Assembly: GCA_964016885.1 (NCBI GenBank)
Contig: OZ024741.1
Coordinates: 94,364,001 to 94,428,000 of the forward strand
Length of the DNA stretch: 64,000 nt
Source: Eledone cirrhosa
Taxonomy: Eukaryota
Reading direction: 5' to 3'
Under the pieces are notes generated by a model. The model did no database searches. It was not told the origin of the DNA and saw only the letters and a program-made list of their open reading frames with translations. This document shows positions 1-13,305 of the stretch, piece after piece. Numbering within the stretch: position 1 is the stretch's first letter; every line of letters begins with the position of its first letter. Both the position numbers and the translations under genes were made by a program.

Positions 1-189
1 AACTCGAAAAGAAGAAAAGATCAACATCATCGGTAACTACTGAGCGGTAGGTTTTATGTCGGAGTTAACCCAGTTTCCTGAGTTGCCTTGTCCTAGAAGA
101 ATGCCCTGACAAAGGCTAAGGGTCCTTCACTCCCAATGGTTTAACCGCGCGATCAGGTATCCAGCCCGTCTATTTCTATGTCCCCGCGC

Positions 190-190
<1 letters not shown>
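1..190 (-). repeat. Interspersed repeat fragment (SINE or LINE 5'-UTR-like); inverted copy of 26003-26180
   Basis: The reverse complement matches 26003-26180 (GGACATAGAAATAG.CGGGCTGGA...GCGCGGTTAAAC...CTCAGTAGTTACCGATGATGTTGAT). It ends at (TA)n. Confidence 0.7.
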
Positions 191-222
<32 letters not shown>

Positions 223-803
223 CACACACATGTATATATGTATATACATAATTACACATTTTGGGATGGCCGTTGACTCTTATGAGTTCTTCCGCCCTTT
301 GACATATTGTACATAATTTTATCTTCTTTCTTTTTCATGTATGGAACAAAAACATACGAAAATAAATGTTCCTTTTCTCAATTTATTTTACTTCCCTTTT
401 CTCAAATGCTATATTTGTTCTTTATATTAAATTCATCATTTATTTTTCAATCTAGAGGGAAATACATGTTTATACTGTATACTCAATGTCGACATTGCAG
501 ATATCATTTATGGTACATTTGTTATGTTACAGGAGTAATCAATTCATTTGTTTATTTTTATTAATATATTTTATTTATCTATTACTATTTATTATTTACA
601 GTGATAAACGTATATTTCCTAATTTACCATATTATGACTAACAATCTAGTATCCATACATTATGTGTCTTCAAAATATTATTTTCTACAGCGTTGTTAGT
701 TATTGTAAATATGAAGAAATGCATGTGAATTTTCTGATAGATTTTTATACTAATTCATTTACTTGCATATTTTTAATATCGAAAGATGAACCGATATTAA
801 AAG

Positions 804-925
<122 letters not shown>

Positions 926-1083
926 TTTAGTATATCTACCAACATATGCGATATATATATATATATATAAAGAATGAATAATAACAGGTAGACATCATAA
1001 AAAGGTAATTTATTCTGTGTGCTTACAAATGTTTCCACGGTGGTTATACAGCCTAGCTATGCTATGTACAAATTTATAACTAT

Positions 1084-2175
1084 TTGCAAAACTCAATTAT
1101 CAATTTTAACTCAAACCACCCACTCTCCATGATCAAATCGGTTCCCCGTAGTATTTCTCTTAGAATCTCTCGCCTATCGTCTAACTCTGAGATTTTCAGT
1201 GAACACGCTGAATACTATAATAATGTATTAAGGAATGCCGACCACCGGGATACAATAAAATACATTGATAAGAATCTCCATAACACACATAGCTCTACAC
1301 GAAATCAAAGAATACGTAACCAGGGTACAGAAATACAAGCGCACACATACAGTACCATCAGACATACTAATAATAGAAAATCATCACTAAATAAATCATG
1401 TTGTAGAAAGTATATCTGGTATAATCCCATTTTTAATGCTTCGATTAGTACAAAACTATCTCTTTCATTCTTTAAGTTAATCAACAAGCATTTCCCTAGT
1501 TCCCATAATTACAGTAAAATTCTGAACTCTAAGACTATTAAGCTATCATACTCCACTGCACCAAACCTTGAAGCATACATAAACAAACTTAACTTAAAGC
1601 AATTAAACAACACTACAAAACAAAATATTTTAATAACAGATGAGCATAACGTAGTATCGGCCTCCCAACCACTAAATGGGAGACGGGTATTACACAACCC
1701 ACCTGTACTGTTATCCCAACCTATCCACGGTATACCTGCTACCCACAATAAAAACTGTAACTGCCACCTACCTGAAAGATGTCCATTGAAGAATAAATGC
1801 CTAAAGACCAACATTGTTTACCAATCCACAGTTGAATCGAACTACCAAAAATGGTATTACATCGAGTCTACCACTACCTCCTTTAAATCTCGCTGGTATC
1901 GTCATCGATTCTAAATTAAACATCCTAATCACCGGTTTGTGACCACGATCGCCAACAAGACCTGGCAACTCCGTGAACTACAGTTCACCTTGAAATGGGA
2001 TATACTTTCCAGCGCTAGTGCATATCGGAGTGGATTGAAGTACTGCAGGTTATGTAACCTTGAACTCTTTTACATCTTAAAATCCAAAAATAAATTACTA
2101 AATGACAGAATCGAACGATCATTATACTGCAACCACAAACTTAAGGCTAAATTCTCTCACTATAAAATAACTTAA
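1084..2175 (+). pseudogene. PLE ORF C-terminus: RT thumb, linker and GIY-YIG endonuclease, with a stop at about 1912
   Basis: Motifs INFNSNHP..IKSVPRSISLRISRLSS, IWYNP..., CNCHLPERCPLKNKC (CxCx5Cx5C), IVYQ...YIESTTTSFKSRW, LKW, CRLC...CNH. Confidence 0.85.
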
Positions 2176-2726
2176 CATTCGAACCCGTAACTATAACATT
2201 GCTTTCTCGCTAACTACTTTCTCTCAATAACAACTTCTTAACTATATCCACCACACTACAAGACAATACCCTGCTTATCACTATAAATGGATACTTAAGT
2301 GCAATTTGTAGCCTACAACTATGAACTCAATGTACACCCATCCCATAGCTTTCGTCTGTCCCCTCTCTATCTCTATCTATTCACCCCCTCTCTCTCTATA
2401 TATATATATATATATATCGCCCTCGGTCCACCTCCCTCCCTTCCCACATCTATGAACCTGCCTTCTGTGGCAATAAATAATTCCAACCTTAACTATCAAC
2501 GCATCGCTTAAGGTTGTCGCTTTGAGAGTAACCAGTATAATAAAATCCCCTACCACAACATTTTGATTAAGATATCTGTATTCTACAGACCAATCTCTCC
2601 CATTTCTCCAACCCCTGCATATATATATATCTCTCTCCCTCTCCCCTTCTTTCTCTCTTCCTTTTCTACTCTATCTTCCCCAATAACCTCACTTAAGGGT
2701 ATTTACATTTTACATTTTAACCATTC

Positions 2727-2838
2727 CGCTCTGAGGATACAGTGGTCACAGCATTTGATAATTGAGTTTTGCAAATAGTTATAAATTTGCACATAGCATA
2801 ACTAGGCTGTAGTACCACCGTGGAAACATTTGAAAGCA
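2727..2838 (+). ncRNA. Type I hammerhead ribozyme in the PLE pLTR, long stem II (cleavage triplet mutated in this copy)
   Basis: GCT-CTGAGGA-TACAGTGGT...ACCACCGTG-GAAA-CATTTG-AA-AGC. The inverted copy near 1020 and the 23573 copy keep GTA. Confidence 0.65.
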
Positions 2839-3030
2839 CACAGAATAAATTACCTTTTTATGATGTCTACCTGTTATTATTCATTCTTTATCTACACTCC
2901 GGAATACAGAAGGATCAGGAACTGAGTTTCTTCAACTATTTTTCCATAACTCGTTGAGTAACCTCTCCCCGTACGTCAACTCTATCCAGTGTAGTAATTA
3001 ACCATTACTGCATCCAGGATAATCCTATAC

Positions 3031-3087
<57 letters not shown>

Positions 3088-3113
3088 TTCGAGGGGGGGG
3101 GGAGATAAAAAGA

Positions 3114-3153
3114 TGATAGATAGATAGAATAGATAGAGAGATAGATAGATAGA
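3114..3153. repeat. (GATA)n microsatellite at the 3' junction of Tx1 copy 1
   Basis: Seen directly in the sequence. Confidence 0.9.
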
Positions 3154-3394
3154 TATGTTTCTTTATTAGCCACAGGGGCACAAAAGAAGGGGACAAATAC
3201 AAAGGGGGAAGTTTACATACAATAAAAACGTGTAAAATATTATCACAAATGCAATTTAAAAATTAGTCGATTTTCCCCCAATAGGGGGAGACAGTTCATA
3301 TGGGTAACACATACCCCCGAAAAAATGTGCAACCCTCATCTCCAGGAGTACGAAGAGTTTGTACTCCTTTCCTCTCCTCCTCCTTTTCCTCAAC

Positions 3395-6016
3395 CTACAG
3401 GCTGATATAGAGAGAAGGCCCATTCACTCGGGCGATTCTCGCCACTTTCACCCACCTTTCATAAAGCACCTCTCTCTCCATCCTGATTCTTCTTCCAAAG
3501 TGGTGTTTGAAAAAAAGAATCAGTTGTTGGCCGGAGAGAAAGGTGTCTGACCTCAGCCTTTTCAACCTTGTCCACCATACAACCTCTTTCGCCATAGCTA
3601 TCACACAAAGGAAAACCGCCTCTCCTTCGTTTTTGAAGGAGGGTGGCGGTTTGATCATGACAATGGACTCGGTGGTCAACCGGATTTGTCCCACTCGCGA
3701 CAATAGTCGTTCTACATAGCCCCACAGGTCGGTGACGCCCGGACAGTGTATGAATGCGTGCGCGACGGTTTTTTCGTCTCGCACGCACCTCGGACAGATC
3801 TTTTTTGCAGGGTCCCTGCCCGGACGCCCATGTCTGTAGAGCTTGTCTCGAACTGGTAGAGCTCCTCGGTAGCACTGCCAGGCCAGGGACTTTTGGAAGT
3901 TGTCCATCGGTCCCGGGAGGAAGGTCCTACCGAACAGACTGGCCAGTTCATCTTCCTCTACGCCTAGAGTTTCACCGAGCGCATCGTCGCACTTGCTGCG
4001 GATCAACCCTCTATAGAATGACGAAGTGGAGTCTCCACTGATCGCCGGGTCCGCCTGCCAGAGGGCTGTGAGCGCCTGCGCACATTTGATGTGCCAGTCG
4101 CCCATTTTCCTCGGTCTTTGCTTAACCCAGGACTGCAGCTCGGTCAGCGAGACGAGTCGTGGGAAGGCTCGCCTCACGAACGGGGCCCCACACCGGTTGT
4201 CCGGTGAGGAATACGTAGAGATGCCGCATCCTGAGCCGTGTTTGCGCATCGTCAGCCACGGCATCCCCAGCCCTCCGTTGGAAGGGTGTTGGCAGCAGAT
4301 GGATCTTCTCACCAAAGGAGCCTGCCTCTTCCAAAGGAATTGGAAGAGCGCGCGCTCCATTTTGGTGTGCGTTTTGGCTGGACAAGGCACGACGGTCAAG
4401 CGGTAGTAGATGGCGGACGCTGTAAAAGTGTTCGCCACCTCCGCTCGACCTTTCAAGGATAGTTTGCACGCGGCCCACTTCTGGGTGAGTGCAAACACCT
4501 TGGCCGTCACCTCGTTCCAGTTCTTCTCCACCTGGAGGTCCGGACCAAACCAGACCCCGAGCAGCTTTACCGGTCCTTCCGTCCAGCGTTCGACGACGCC
4601 ATCGGAAGGCATCGGTTTGCCTCTCCACGATCCGAGTTGCAAACCGATGGACTTGTCCCGGTTCAGCTTCGCTCCTGTGAAACTTTCGTATTCCTTCAGT
4701 AAGGTGCCGACTTCCTCGATTTGCGAGGCGCTCGACACCATTACTGTCACGTCGTCGGCGTAGGCCGACGCCGCTTTCCGCAGTCCCGGTTCCAGAGGGA
4801 TGCCCTGCAATAGCTCCAACTTCTGCAGTAGTGGCTCGAGAGTCAGTACGTACAGAAGGGGGGGAGAGGGCATCCCTGTCGAATGGATCGCGTGATATGG
4901 AACGGCTCCGAGAGGTAGCCGTTCACCTTGACCCTTGAGCAGATGTTGCTGTTGTGCATTGCAGCAATGCAGCCCCTGAACACGGGTCCGAAGCCTGCCG
5001 CCTTGAGCACCGCATCCAGGTAACGATGGTCAACCCTATCGAAAGCCTTAGACTGATCCAAGTTGATCAGGGCCCCGCCGAAGCCGGGTTTACACCCTAC
5101 CCTCTCTATGATGTATCGCATGAGGTGGAGGTTGTCGTGTATGGACCTAGTCGGGATTGCGCATGTCTTGAGAGAGTACCACCATTTGTTGTTGACACTG
5201 GCACCTGTCAAGTGCTGTTTAACTAAAGTGCTAATCCGTCTACTGTAGGCTTTGCATGTCGGTAACGACAAGTTCAGCTTCCAGTAGCCGGGTCCTTGTC
5301 TGTCGGTTCTATCAAGGTTGGCCATGCAGGTCACTAGTTTGTGATCTGAATAGGCAACCATGAACATTTGTGGACAGCTTAACATGTCCCTATCCTTATT
5401 TCTAACTAGAACCCTATCTAGGTACGATCTAGATGTTCCGCTGAAGATTAGTCCACGTCCACAGTGGCACAGTCGGAAAATCTAGTCGATATCTATCGGC
5501 CAGATCAAATCGGTCGATTAACTGTTTGAGGCTGTTACACCCCCCCCCCCCACTTTATCGGGACATGCTCCCACATTGTCCCAACGTGCATCTAGCATTC
5601 CATTCCAGTCCCCCACTAAAAGCAAGGAGCGGGACGTTCCCAGAAAGTCTCTAGACGTTTGAAGAAGTCTGGCCGCGGTGTCCCGGATGGGGCATATGTA
5701 GCCACCACCCTGAAGGCTCCACCTTCACTACCCTCAACGTCTAGGACCACCAGTCTACCCTCCGGGTCCAGATGTAGCGTCTGTGTTACGAGGCCCAGGT
5801 GTTTTCGCAGCAAAACAGCTAAACGGCAACCCCGCCCCCATCCCCCGGCCGACAGAGAGATGCGTAGATCTCAAAGTCCATCGCTGTGGATCCTGGACTC
5901 GCAAATGGCTACTACATCAATACTGTGCGACCTGAGTTCGTTTAAGAGTTTGCCCTGTTTCCAGGGTATCCCCAGGCCGTGTACGTTCACACATCCAACT
6001 CTTATATTGGCCATGT
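3395..6016 (-). pseudogene. Tx1 ORF2 (APE endonuclease + RT), frameshifted, with a deletion of about 0.8 kb
   Basis: ORFs 5616-5813, 4843-5385 and 3395-4873. WWYSLK is joined directly to TCAIP, whereas copy 2 has about 260 aa between them. Confidence 0.88.
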
Positions 6017-6019
6017 TGG

Positions 6020-7857
6020 TGCTGAAAAGTTAAAAGAGGAAAAGAAATCACTGACCCTTCGTCTCCTGGGGACCAGGCTGCACGATTTCCATGGGGGTGT
6101 TGGAGGGGTTGTCTGGGTAGGTGGTGGTTTCCGGCGGGGTGGGGACGGAGATGTTTGGTGTGGGGGGGAGACATTTGAGAAGGACGCGGTTAAGTGGTTT
6201 CACGCAGGAATTCCCCACATCCTTTTCAAATTTTCTTTTAGGGACCTATAAGTTTGTATAGAGACCCTAATCAGTTTTAGGTTCAGTTTTTGGTTATTTT
6301 TAATAGAGTGGGCGAAAGTTTTCCCTTCGGTTTTCACCGAAAGGTTGTTCGTGATGGTCTCCATTGGTGTTTTGTTTTCAGGGTTTATGTAAGTGTAAGT
6401 GTAATTTTCTTGTATTGTGTTTGTTTTTGTCTGTAGTTCTTGTGTGTGCTTTCGTTTTGTTGTAGGTATTTTGTTTTCAGGAGGTGGGGGTTTTGTTTGT
6501 GATGTTTTTGTTGTTTGTGTTGGTGGCTATATGTTTGTGGTAGTGTTTGCTGGTTTCTTGCTTTTGTGATATCTTTTCTTTCTTTTCGAGCGATGGGGGT
6601 TCTCCCTCGTCTTCACTGGGTGATGGCGAGATAGCCTCATCTGTTGTATCGTCTGTGTGATTGGGGAGGGGTGTGTCTTGGGGAGCTGTTGTGTCTGTAT
6701 GTGATTTTGCAGTGGTTTTAGGTGGAGTGGGGTTGGGTGGGACTGTGTTTGTTGCGGTTATTTTTGTGTGTTGGTGTTGTTGTTGTTGTGGTGGTGTTGG
6801 TGGTTGTGTTATTTTGATGGGTGTCGGCAGAAGAGTCTTTTTTTTACTCATTAATTTAGGACAGGAAGCCCTCAGGTGACCCCTGCTAAAGCAGTGGTAA
6901 CATGAAGGCCGCCTACCCTCAACCGAAAAGTTTATGTAGGTGAGTCCGTCCAGTAGTACACGTTGTAGGATCATAGCTATTCGCTCTGGGCTCATTTGCA
7001 CCAGATCTTCAACGCTAGTCCCATTGAATACATCTTTGGGGGACTTTCCTACTGAAAGTATTCTGTCTTCATCAAAATTGATGAAGCCGCACAGTATCCA
7101 CCATATGTTTACCTTTGGTGTGACACTCGTGATTCTAATCTTTTGTGTCCTTTTTCCCATGTATGTAGGGAAAAAGGTATACAGGTTGGATACAATTGGC
7201 GACACAGAGTAATTTTGGGTCGTCAATTGATCCTTCATGAGTACCGAAATACTCCCAAAGAGTTTGCTTCTTTGAATGAATGAAATATCATTCATTGAAT
7301 ATTTGAAAACCAATTCAATTTCTTTCTGTGACAATTGGACTGGTTTTCGGGTAGAATTGGAAACTGTCCTAAAAACTAACTATCGTTTTGAGAGCAGTTT
7401 CCTTGCGAATTTCTACCGGAGAATTGATGCTGAAAGAACCATTCTTTTCGAAAGTAACATATTTCCTAGCGTCCTTTAAAAGTTGTTCGGCATTTGTTAT
7501 GTCGAGATATGTTAGTTCCTCCTTTTTCTGAATTGTCTGTGCAAAGGAGATTTTCGGTTTCTTTGTGGAATTATCCGTGTTGATGGTGTTGTCATTATTG
7601 TGGTTATTCTTGTTGTTATTCTTGTTGTCACTGATGTTGATATTGTTCGTATTTTCCTTGGTGTTGGTGTTGTTGTTGTCTTTGATGCTGGTATTATTGG
7701 TGTTGTCTTTATTTATTTCTTTGTTGTTGTTGTCATTGTTGTTTTTATCATCATTATTGGTGTTGTTATTTTTGTTGTCATTGTACTGTTTAGTGTCATT
7801 TGTGTTGTTTGGATATGAATTTGTTTTTACAATTTCATTTCGTCTTTCCAACTCCAT
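6020..7857 (-). pseudogene. Tx1 ORF1 (gag-like, zinc knuckle, Asn-rich N-terminus), frameshifted
   Basis: ORFs 7369-7857 and 6477-7334; CX2CX4HX4C motif; homologous to 12348-13118. Confidence 0.8.
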
Positions 7858-8175
7858 AGTATCTATGGAGAAGGAAAGGGAAGAAGACGATGTTTACTGC
7901 GAGCTATGTAGTCTTACCGACTCTCCACGACCATTATCGTCGAAAGCAGCGTTCATAACGTAATCAAACTTCTTACGATATTTTTTCTAAAATTCGATGG
8001 AGAAAAATTTCAAACGAATATTTCGCCCCTATAGGGGCGAAAATGAGTTGACCCACCGCGTGAAGGTCCAGACGGGGGGTCAAGTTACACAATAGTATAA
8101 AATTTAACTGAAAACTCACGTTTTTTTCCTTATATAAATTAACGGAAACTTCTCCGCGAAGTTACACACGTCTGG

Positions 8176-8176
<1 letters not shown>

Positions 8177-8263
<87 letters not shown>
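8177..8263. repeat. (GATA)n microsatellite separating tandem Tx1 copies 1 and 2
   Basis: Seen directly in the sequence. Confidence 0.95.
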
Positions 8264-8265
<2 letters not shown>

Positions 8266-11200
8266 TATTTCTTTATTTACCATAAAGGCATAAAAAGAAG
8301 GGACAAATACAAAGGGGGAGTTTACATAAAACCGAGTAAACAAATAATCGAAAACAACCTCAAAAGGGAGGGGACGTGATGGGGGTTGCACACACCCCCG
8401 AAAAAGTCTGCAATCCTTTGCCCGGGGAGCACATGGAGAAGGTGCTCCCCTCTCCTTCACTTCTTTACCTACAGGATGGTATACAGAGAAGGCCCATTTA
8501 CACGAGCCATTCTCGCCACTATCACCCACCTTTCATAAAACTGCCTGTGGCCAAGCACCTCTCTCTCCATTCTTATCCTTCTTCCGAAGTGAAATCGGAA
8601 GAAGTAGACCAGACTATGGCCAGAGAGGAAGTTGCCTGACCTCAGACCTTTCAATCGTGTCCACCAAACAACCTCTTTCAACATGGCTATTACGCACAGA
8701 AAAACCGCCTTTGCTTCCTTTGTGAAGAGGGGAGGCGGCTTGATTGACATCACGGACTCGGCGGTCAATTTAATCGGACATTGCACCAATGCGTGCGCAA
8801 CGGTTTCTTCGTGACGCACGCATCTAGGGCAAATCTTTTTCGAGGGATCCCTGCCCGGGCGCCCGTGTCTGTAGAGCTTTTCTCGAACGGGTAGAGCCCC
8901 CCGGTAGCACTGCCAGGCTAGTGACTTCTGGAAGTTGTCCATTGGTCCCGGGCCGAAAGTCCTACCGAACAGGCTGGCCAGCTCGTCCTTTTCCATGTCC
9001 AGCGACTCTCCAATGGTGTCATCGCCCCTGCTAGCCACCAGCCCTCTATAGAATGACGAGGTGGATTCTCCACCGATGGCCGGGTCCGCTTGCCAGAGAG
9101 CCCTGAGCGCCTGGGCACGCACAGTGCCAGTCTCCCAGTTTTCCGGATCTTTGCTTGACCCAGGACTGCAGCTCGGTGAGCGAGACGAGTCTGGGAAAGG
9201 CTCGTTTCACGAACGGAGCCCACACCAGTTGACCAGTGAGGAATACCTGTAGGTGCCGTAGTCTTAATGCGTGCCTACGCATCATCAACCATGGCATCCC
9301 CAGCCCTCCTTTCGAATGTTGTTGGCAGCAGATGGATCTTCTCACCATAGGAGGGCGCTTCTTCCAAAGAAATTGAAAGAGCATGCGTTCCATGGTGGTG
9401 AGTGTTTCCTTAGGGCAAGGCACGACAGTCAGGCGGTAGTAAGTGACGGATGCTATGTAAATGTTCGCCACCTCCGCCCGACCTTTTAGGGACAGCTTAC
9501 ACTTGGTCCATTTCTGGGTTAGTGAAACACCTTGTTCGTAACCTCGCCCCAGTTCTTTTCCACCTGGAGGTCCGGTCCAAACCAGACCCCAAGCAACTTC
9601 ACCGGGCCCTCCGTCCAGTGTCCGACGACACCGTCGGGAGGCATCGGTCTGCCTCTCCACGTTGCGAGTTGCAGCCCGATGGATTTTTCCCGGTTCAGTT
9701 TCGCTCCTGACAACCTTTCGTATTCCTCCAGTAAGGTACCGATCGCCTCGATCTCCGAGTCGGTCGATACCATTACTGTTACGTCATCGGCGTAGGCCGA
9801 CACCGCTTTGCTCAATCCTGGTTCCAGGGGGATACCCTGCAACAACTCCAACTTCCTCAGTAAAGGCTCGAGAGTCAATACGTACAGAAGGGAGGAGAGA
9901 GGGCACCCCTGTCGAATGGATCGTGTGATTTCGAACAGCTTCGAAAGGTAGCCGTTCACCTTGATCCTAGAACAGATGTGGTTGCTATGTAAGGCAGTGA
10001 TCCAGCCTCTGAAAACAGGACCGAACCCAGCCGCCGCTAGCACCGCATCCAGGTAACCATGGTCGACCCTATCGAACGCCTTAGACTGATCCAAGTTGAT
10101 CAGGGCCCCACCGAAGCCGGGTTTGTTGCCAACCCTCTCTATGATGTATCGCATGAGGTGGAGGTTGTCGTGAATGGACCTGGATGGGATAGCACATGTC
10201 TGCGCATCTCCCACCAGGCCACCCACGACAAGCGCCAACCTCTTTGCTAACACCTTGGCCAAAATCTTTAACTCTGTGTTTAGCAGGGTTATGGGCTGAA
10301 AATTATTTATACTATCCCCCTTGTTCTCGTCCTTCCTCACCAGCGAGACTACGCCGTAGGCTACAGAACAAGGAATTCTCCCGTTCTGCTGCCAATTGCA
10401 GTAGATTGCTTCGAGGAGTTCGGAGAAGAAGACCGGCATTGCTAAATAAAGTTCGTAAGGTATACCATCGAGACCTGGAGATTTGCGTCTGCTGCATTGG
10501 CTCAGCGCATCCCCGATCTCATCACCCGAGATTGGTCCCTCGCAGGACTCTGCCTCTTCGCTCGAGAGACGCGGCAGGCCGTCGAGGTATGGACCGAAAT
10601 CCACGTCCCCGCCCGGACCCTCGCCTAACCCGAACAATCGGGCAAAGTGCCTTTGAAAGGCCTCACACATCTGCTTAGGCTCCCGGATCACCCGTCCATC
10701 CTCGTCTTGCAAAGACCGGATGGTGGATCGATTTCCACTCTTAGCTTCTGTCACGCGGGCCCAGCCAACGGCTCTGGCCCCCTCATTACCTAGAGCACGT
10801 ATTTTACTTCGAATGACGCAGCCTTCGTGCTTTGCATCGAAAAACTGGCTCAAGGCCGTCCTCGATGCCAGCACTCTAGCCACATCTTCGCTCTTGATTG
10901 CCTCTTCTAATTTACCTGTTAATTCTTTCTCGTTCCTATTCCTATCGGCAGCTAACATCTTGCTATAACTTATTGATTCTGTTCTAATCTCTCTTTTGAG
11001 AGATGCCCACCATCGGTTGTTGACGATTGCACCCGTCAACCTCTCCTTAACTAATCTGCTAATCCGGTTTCTGTAAGCCTCTTTTGCCGGTAAAGACAAA
11101 TTAAGTTTCCAGTAACCGGGTCTCTGTCTATGTGTTTTCTCGAGATTGACTACGCAGGTCACTAATTTGTGATCTGTATAGCCAACCGTGAGCATTTATG

Positions 11201-13305
11201 GACAGCTTAATATGTCCCTATCCTTACTTCTAACTAAGAATCTATCTAAGTACGATCTAGATTGACCACTATGGTTCGTCCAAGTCCAGGTTGGCACAGT
11301 TGGAAAATCTAGTCGATATCTATCGACCAAGTTAAAACGGTCGAGTAACCCCTTGAGGCTGTTACACCCCCTCTATTAGGACATGCTCCTGCATAGTCCC
11401 AACGTGCATCTAGGATGTCATTCCAATCTCCCGCTAGAAGCAGGGAACGCGACGTTCCCAGAAAAGTCTCCAGACGCTGGAAGAAGTCGGATCGTTCAGC
11501 TCCGAAAGGGGAGTAGACGGCGACCAGTCTCAAGGCCGCACCTTCACTACTGCCAACGTCTAGCACCAACAAACGACCTTCCGGGTCCGAGTGAACAACC
11601 TGTACGGCGAGATCCAGGTGTTTTTCCAGCAGTACGACCACCCCACCCCCACCTCCAGGTTGACAGAGAGATGCGTGCACCTCAAAGTCATCGAAGGTAG
11701 GGGCCAGCTGCCGCACGACGCTGATCCGAGTCTCACAGATAACCATTACATTTATACCACGTGACCTGAGGTCATTTAGAAGCTTTGCTTGCTTCCAAGT
11801 TGAGCCCAGGCCACGTGCATTCAAACATCCTACTCTTAACACATCCATCTGGGCGGCAAAGCCAAAGGAGAGTGTAGAGAACTACCTTTCTGCTTCCCGG
11901 GGTTCGGGTCACACGACTTCCATGGGGTCGGGGGTGTTGGGTGAAGGGGTGTCTTGTGGTGGTGTGGGGTCGTCAGTGTGTGGTGGGGTTGGGGTGTTTG
12001 GAGTTGTGTTGGGGAGGGGGAAAGCTTTTTAGTAGGACGCGGTTTATGGGTTTGACAGAGGGTGGTCCTACGTCCTCCTTAAAATCCTTTTTTAGTTTTT
12101 GGTAGAGGTTCATTGGGATCTTTATTAATTTTAAATGTGGGTAGTTTTCTGAAGAAACAAAGTTTACCCCTTCGGCTTGTACTGAAGGGTTATTGTTTAT
12201 GAGTTCATTTAATTTATTATTGTTTCTGTTGATGTAAGTATAGTGTAATGTCTTTTTTTCGGATGGTGTGAGTGTTTCGAAGAGGGGAGGGGCAGGTTTG
12301 GTTTTGTTTGTTGCTGGAGGGGTGTTTTGTGTTTTGTTGGATTGTGTTTACATTTGGGTAGGAGCTGTTTGGCCTTGTGTGTTTTGCACATGTTTTCTTT
12401 TTTTCCTTTTAATCTGTCTGAAGGACTCCGTTTCTTCCTCCGAATTCGTTGGGTTATCTTCAGTGTTGGAGGGAAGAGGTATGTTTGCTGGTAATGTTTC
12501 CGTGTTGGTTTTCTTTGTGGGGGAGATGGATGTCACTATGTTAGACTGTGTTGTATGTTGTGGCTGCGGTGGTTGTGTTGTTTTATTGAGTGAGGGGTTG
12601 GGTGGGACTGTGTTTTGTTTTTGGGTAATGTGTTGTGTCTGTTTGTGTTGTGGTGGTGTTGTAGTTTTACTGAGGGATGGGTTGGGTGGGACTGAGTTTT
12701 GTTGTTTGTTTATCTGTTGTGGTGGTGGTGGAGCTGGTGTTGGTAGAAGGGTTTTCTTCTTGTTGAGTTGGAGACAAGCCGCCTTCAGGTGCCCTCTGCC
12801 TGCACAGATATGACAGGACGGCCTTCTCCCCTCCACGCTAATGTTTATATACCCGTGGCCCTCTAATAGGATTCTGTCGGGTATTTGGGCAATGAGTTCA
12901 GGCTTCATTTGCACTACAAGTTCTATACCTGTTCCACTGAACGCATTGCCTGTGGTTTTCCCAATGGAAATCACGTTGTCATTCGCTGGATCGATGAAGC
13001 CAGCTATGAGCCAGCAGTGGTCCATATCTGCCATCATCGCATCCAGCCATATGCGCTGAGTTCTTTTACCCATATAAGATGGATAAAAGGTAAAATTTGT
13101 CGAACGAATCGGCGACAAAGCATATTTTTTTGCCGCTGATTCATTCTTTATAATAATGGCTAGGCTTCCATACAGCCTGTCTCTTCTTATGAAAGTAGCT
13201 TCATTAAGTACTTCTCTAAGTACTGCTTTAATTTCTGCTTGTGTTGGTTGTTGAGGTTTTTTTGAGATGTTGTTGATGGTGCGGAAAACGACCGTCCGAC
13301 TTTCA
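8264..13305 (-). mobile_element. Tx1/L1-clade retrotransposon copy 2, 5'-truncated within ORF1
   Basis: ORF1 fragment with CHICAGRGHLKAAC. APE at 11309-11848 (VGCLNARG, ICET, GDWN). RT at 9519-11195. C-terminal pieces at 9046-9660 and 8469-9122. The 3' end resembles copy 1. Confidence 0.92.
8469..11848 (-). pseudogene. Tx1 ORF2 (APE-RT-Zn finger), several frameshifts
   Basis: KSPGLDG, PITLLNTELKILAKVLAKRL, DQSKAFDRVDH, RQGCPLS, YADD. Confidence 0.9.

Larger units (their letters stand above)
968..3034 (+). mobile_element. 5'-truncated Penelope-like element (Hydra-type GIY-YIG) with 3' pseudo-LTR and an inverted pLTR piece at its 5' end, in (TA)n
   Basis: RT thumb/linker plus GIY-YIG ORF at 1084-2175. 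Segment 968-1103 is the reverse complement of about 2755-2890. (TA)n lies on both sides. A second copy is at 23362-24455. Confidence 0.85.
3154..8175 (-). mobile_element. Tx1/L1-clade non-LTR retrotransposon copy 1; apparently 5'-complete, with an internal deletion
   Basis: 5' UTR at about 8175-7858. ORF1 has a CCHC knuckle (CYHCFSRGHLRASC). ORF2 has APE (VGCVNVHG), RT (DQSKAFDRVDH, IRQGCP, YADD) and a C-terminal CPRC..H..C. AATAAA precedes (TATC)n. Confidence 0.92.

Noticed and set aside
7565-7963. Hydrophobic membrane-like ORF on the plus strand
   Set aside because: It is the antisense reading of the Asn-rich low-complexity part of Tx1 ORF1.
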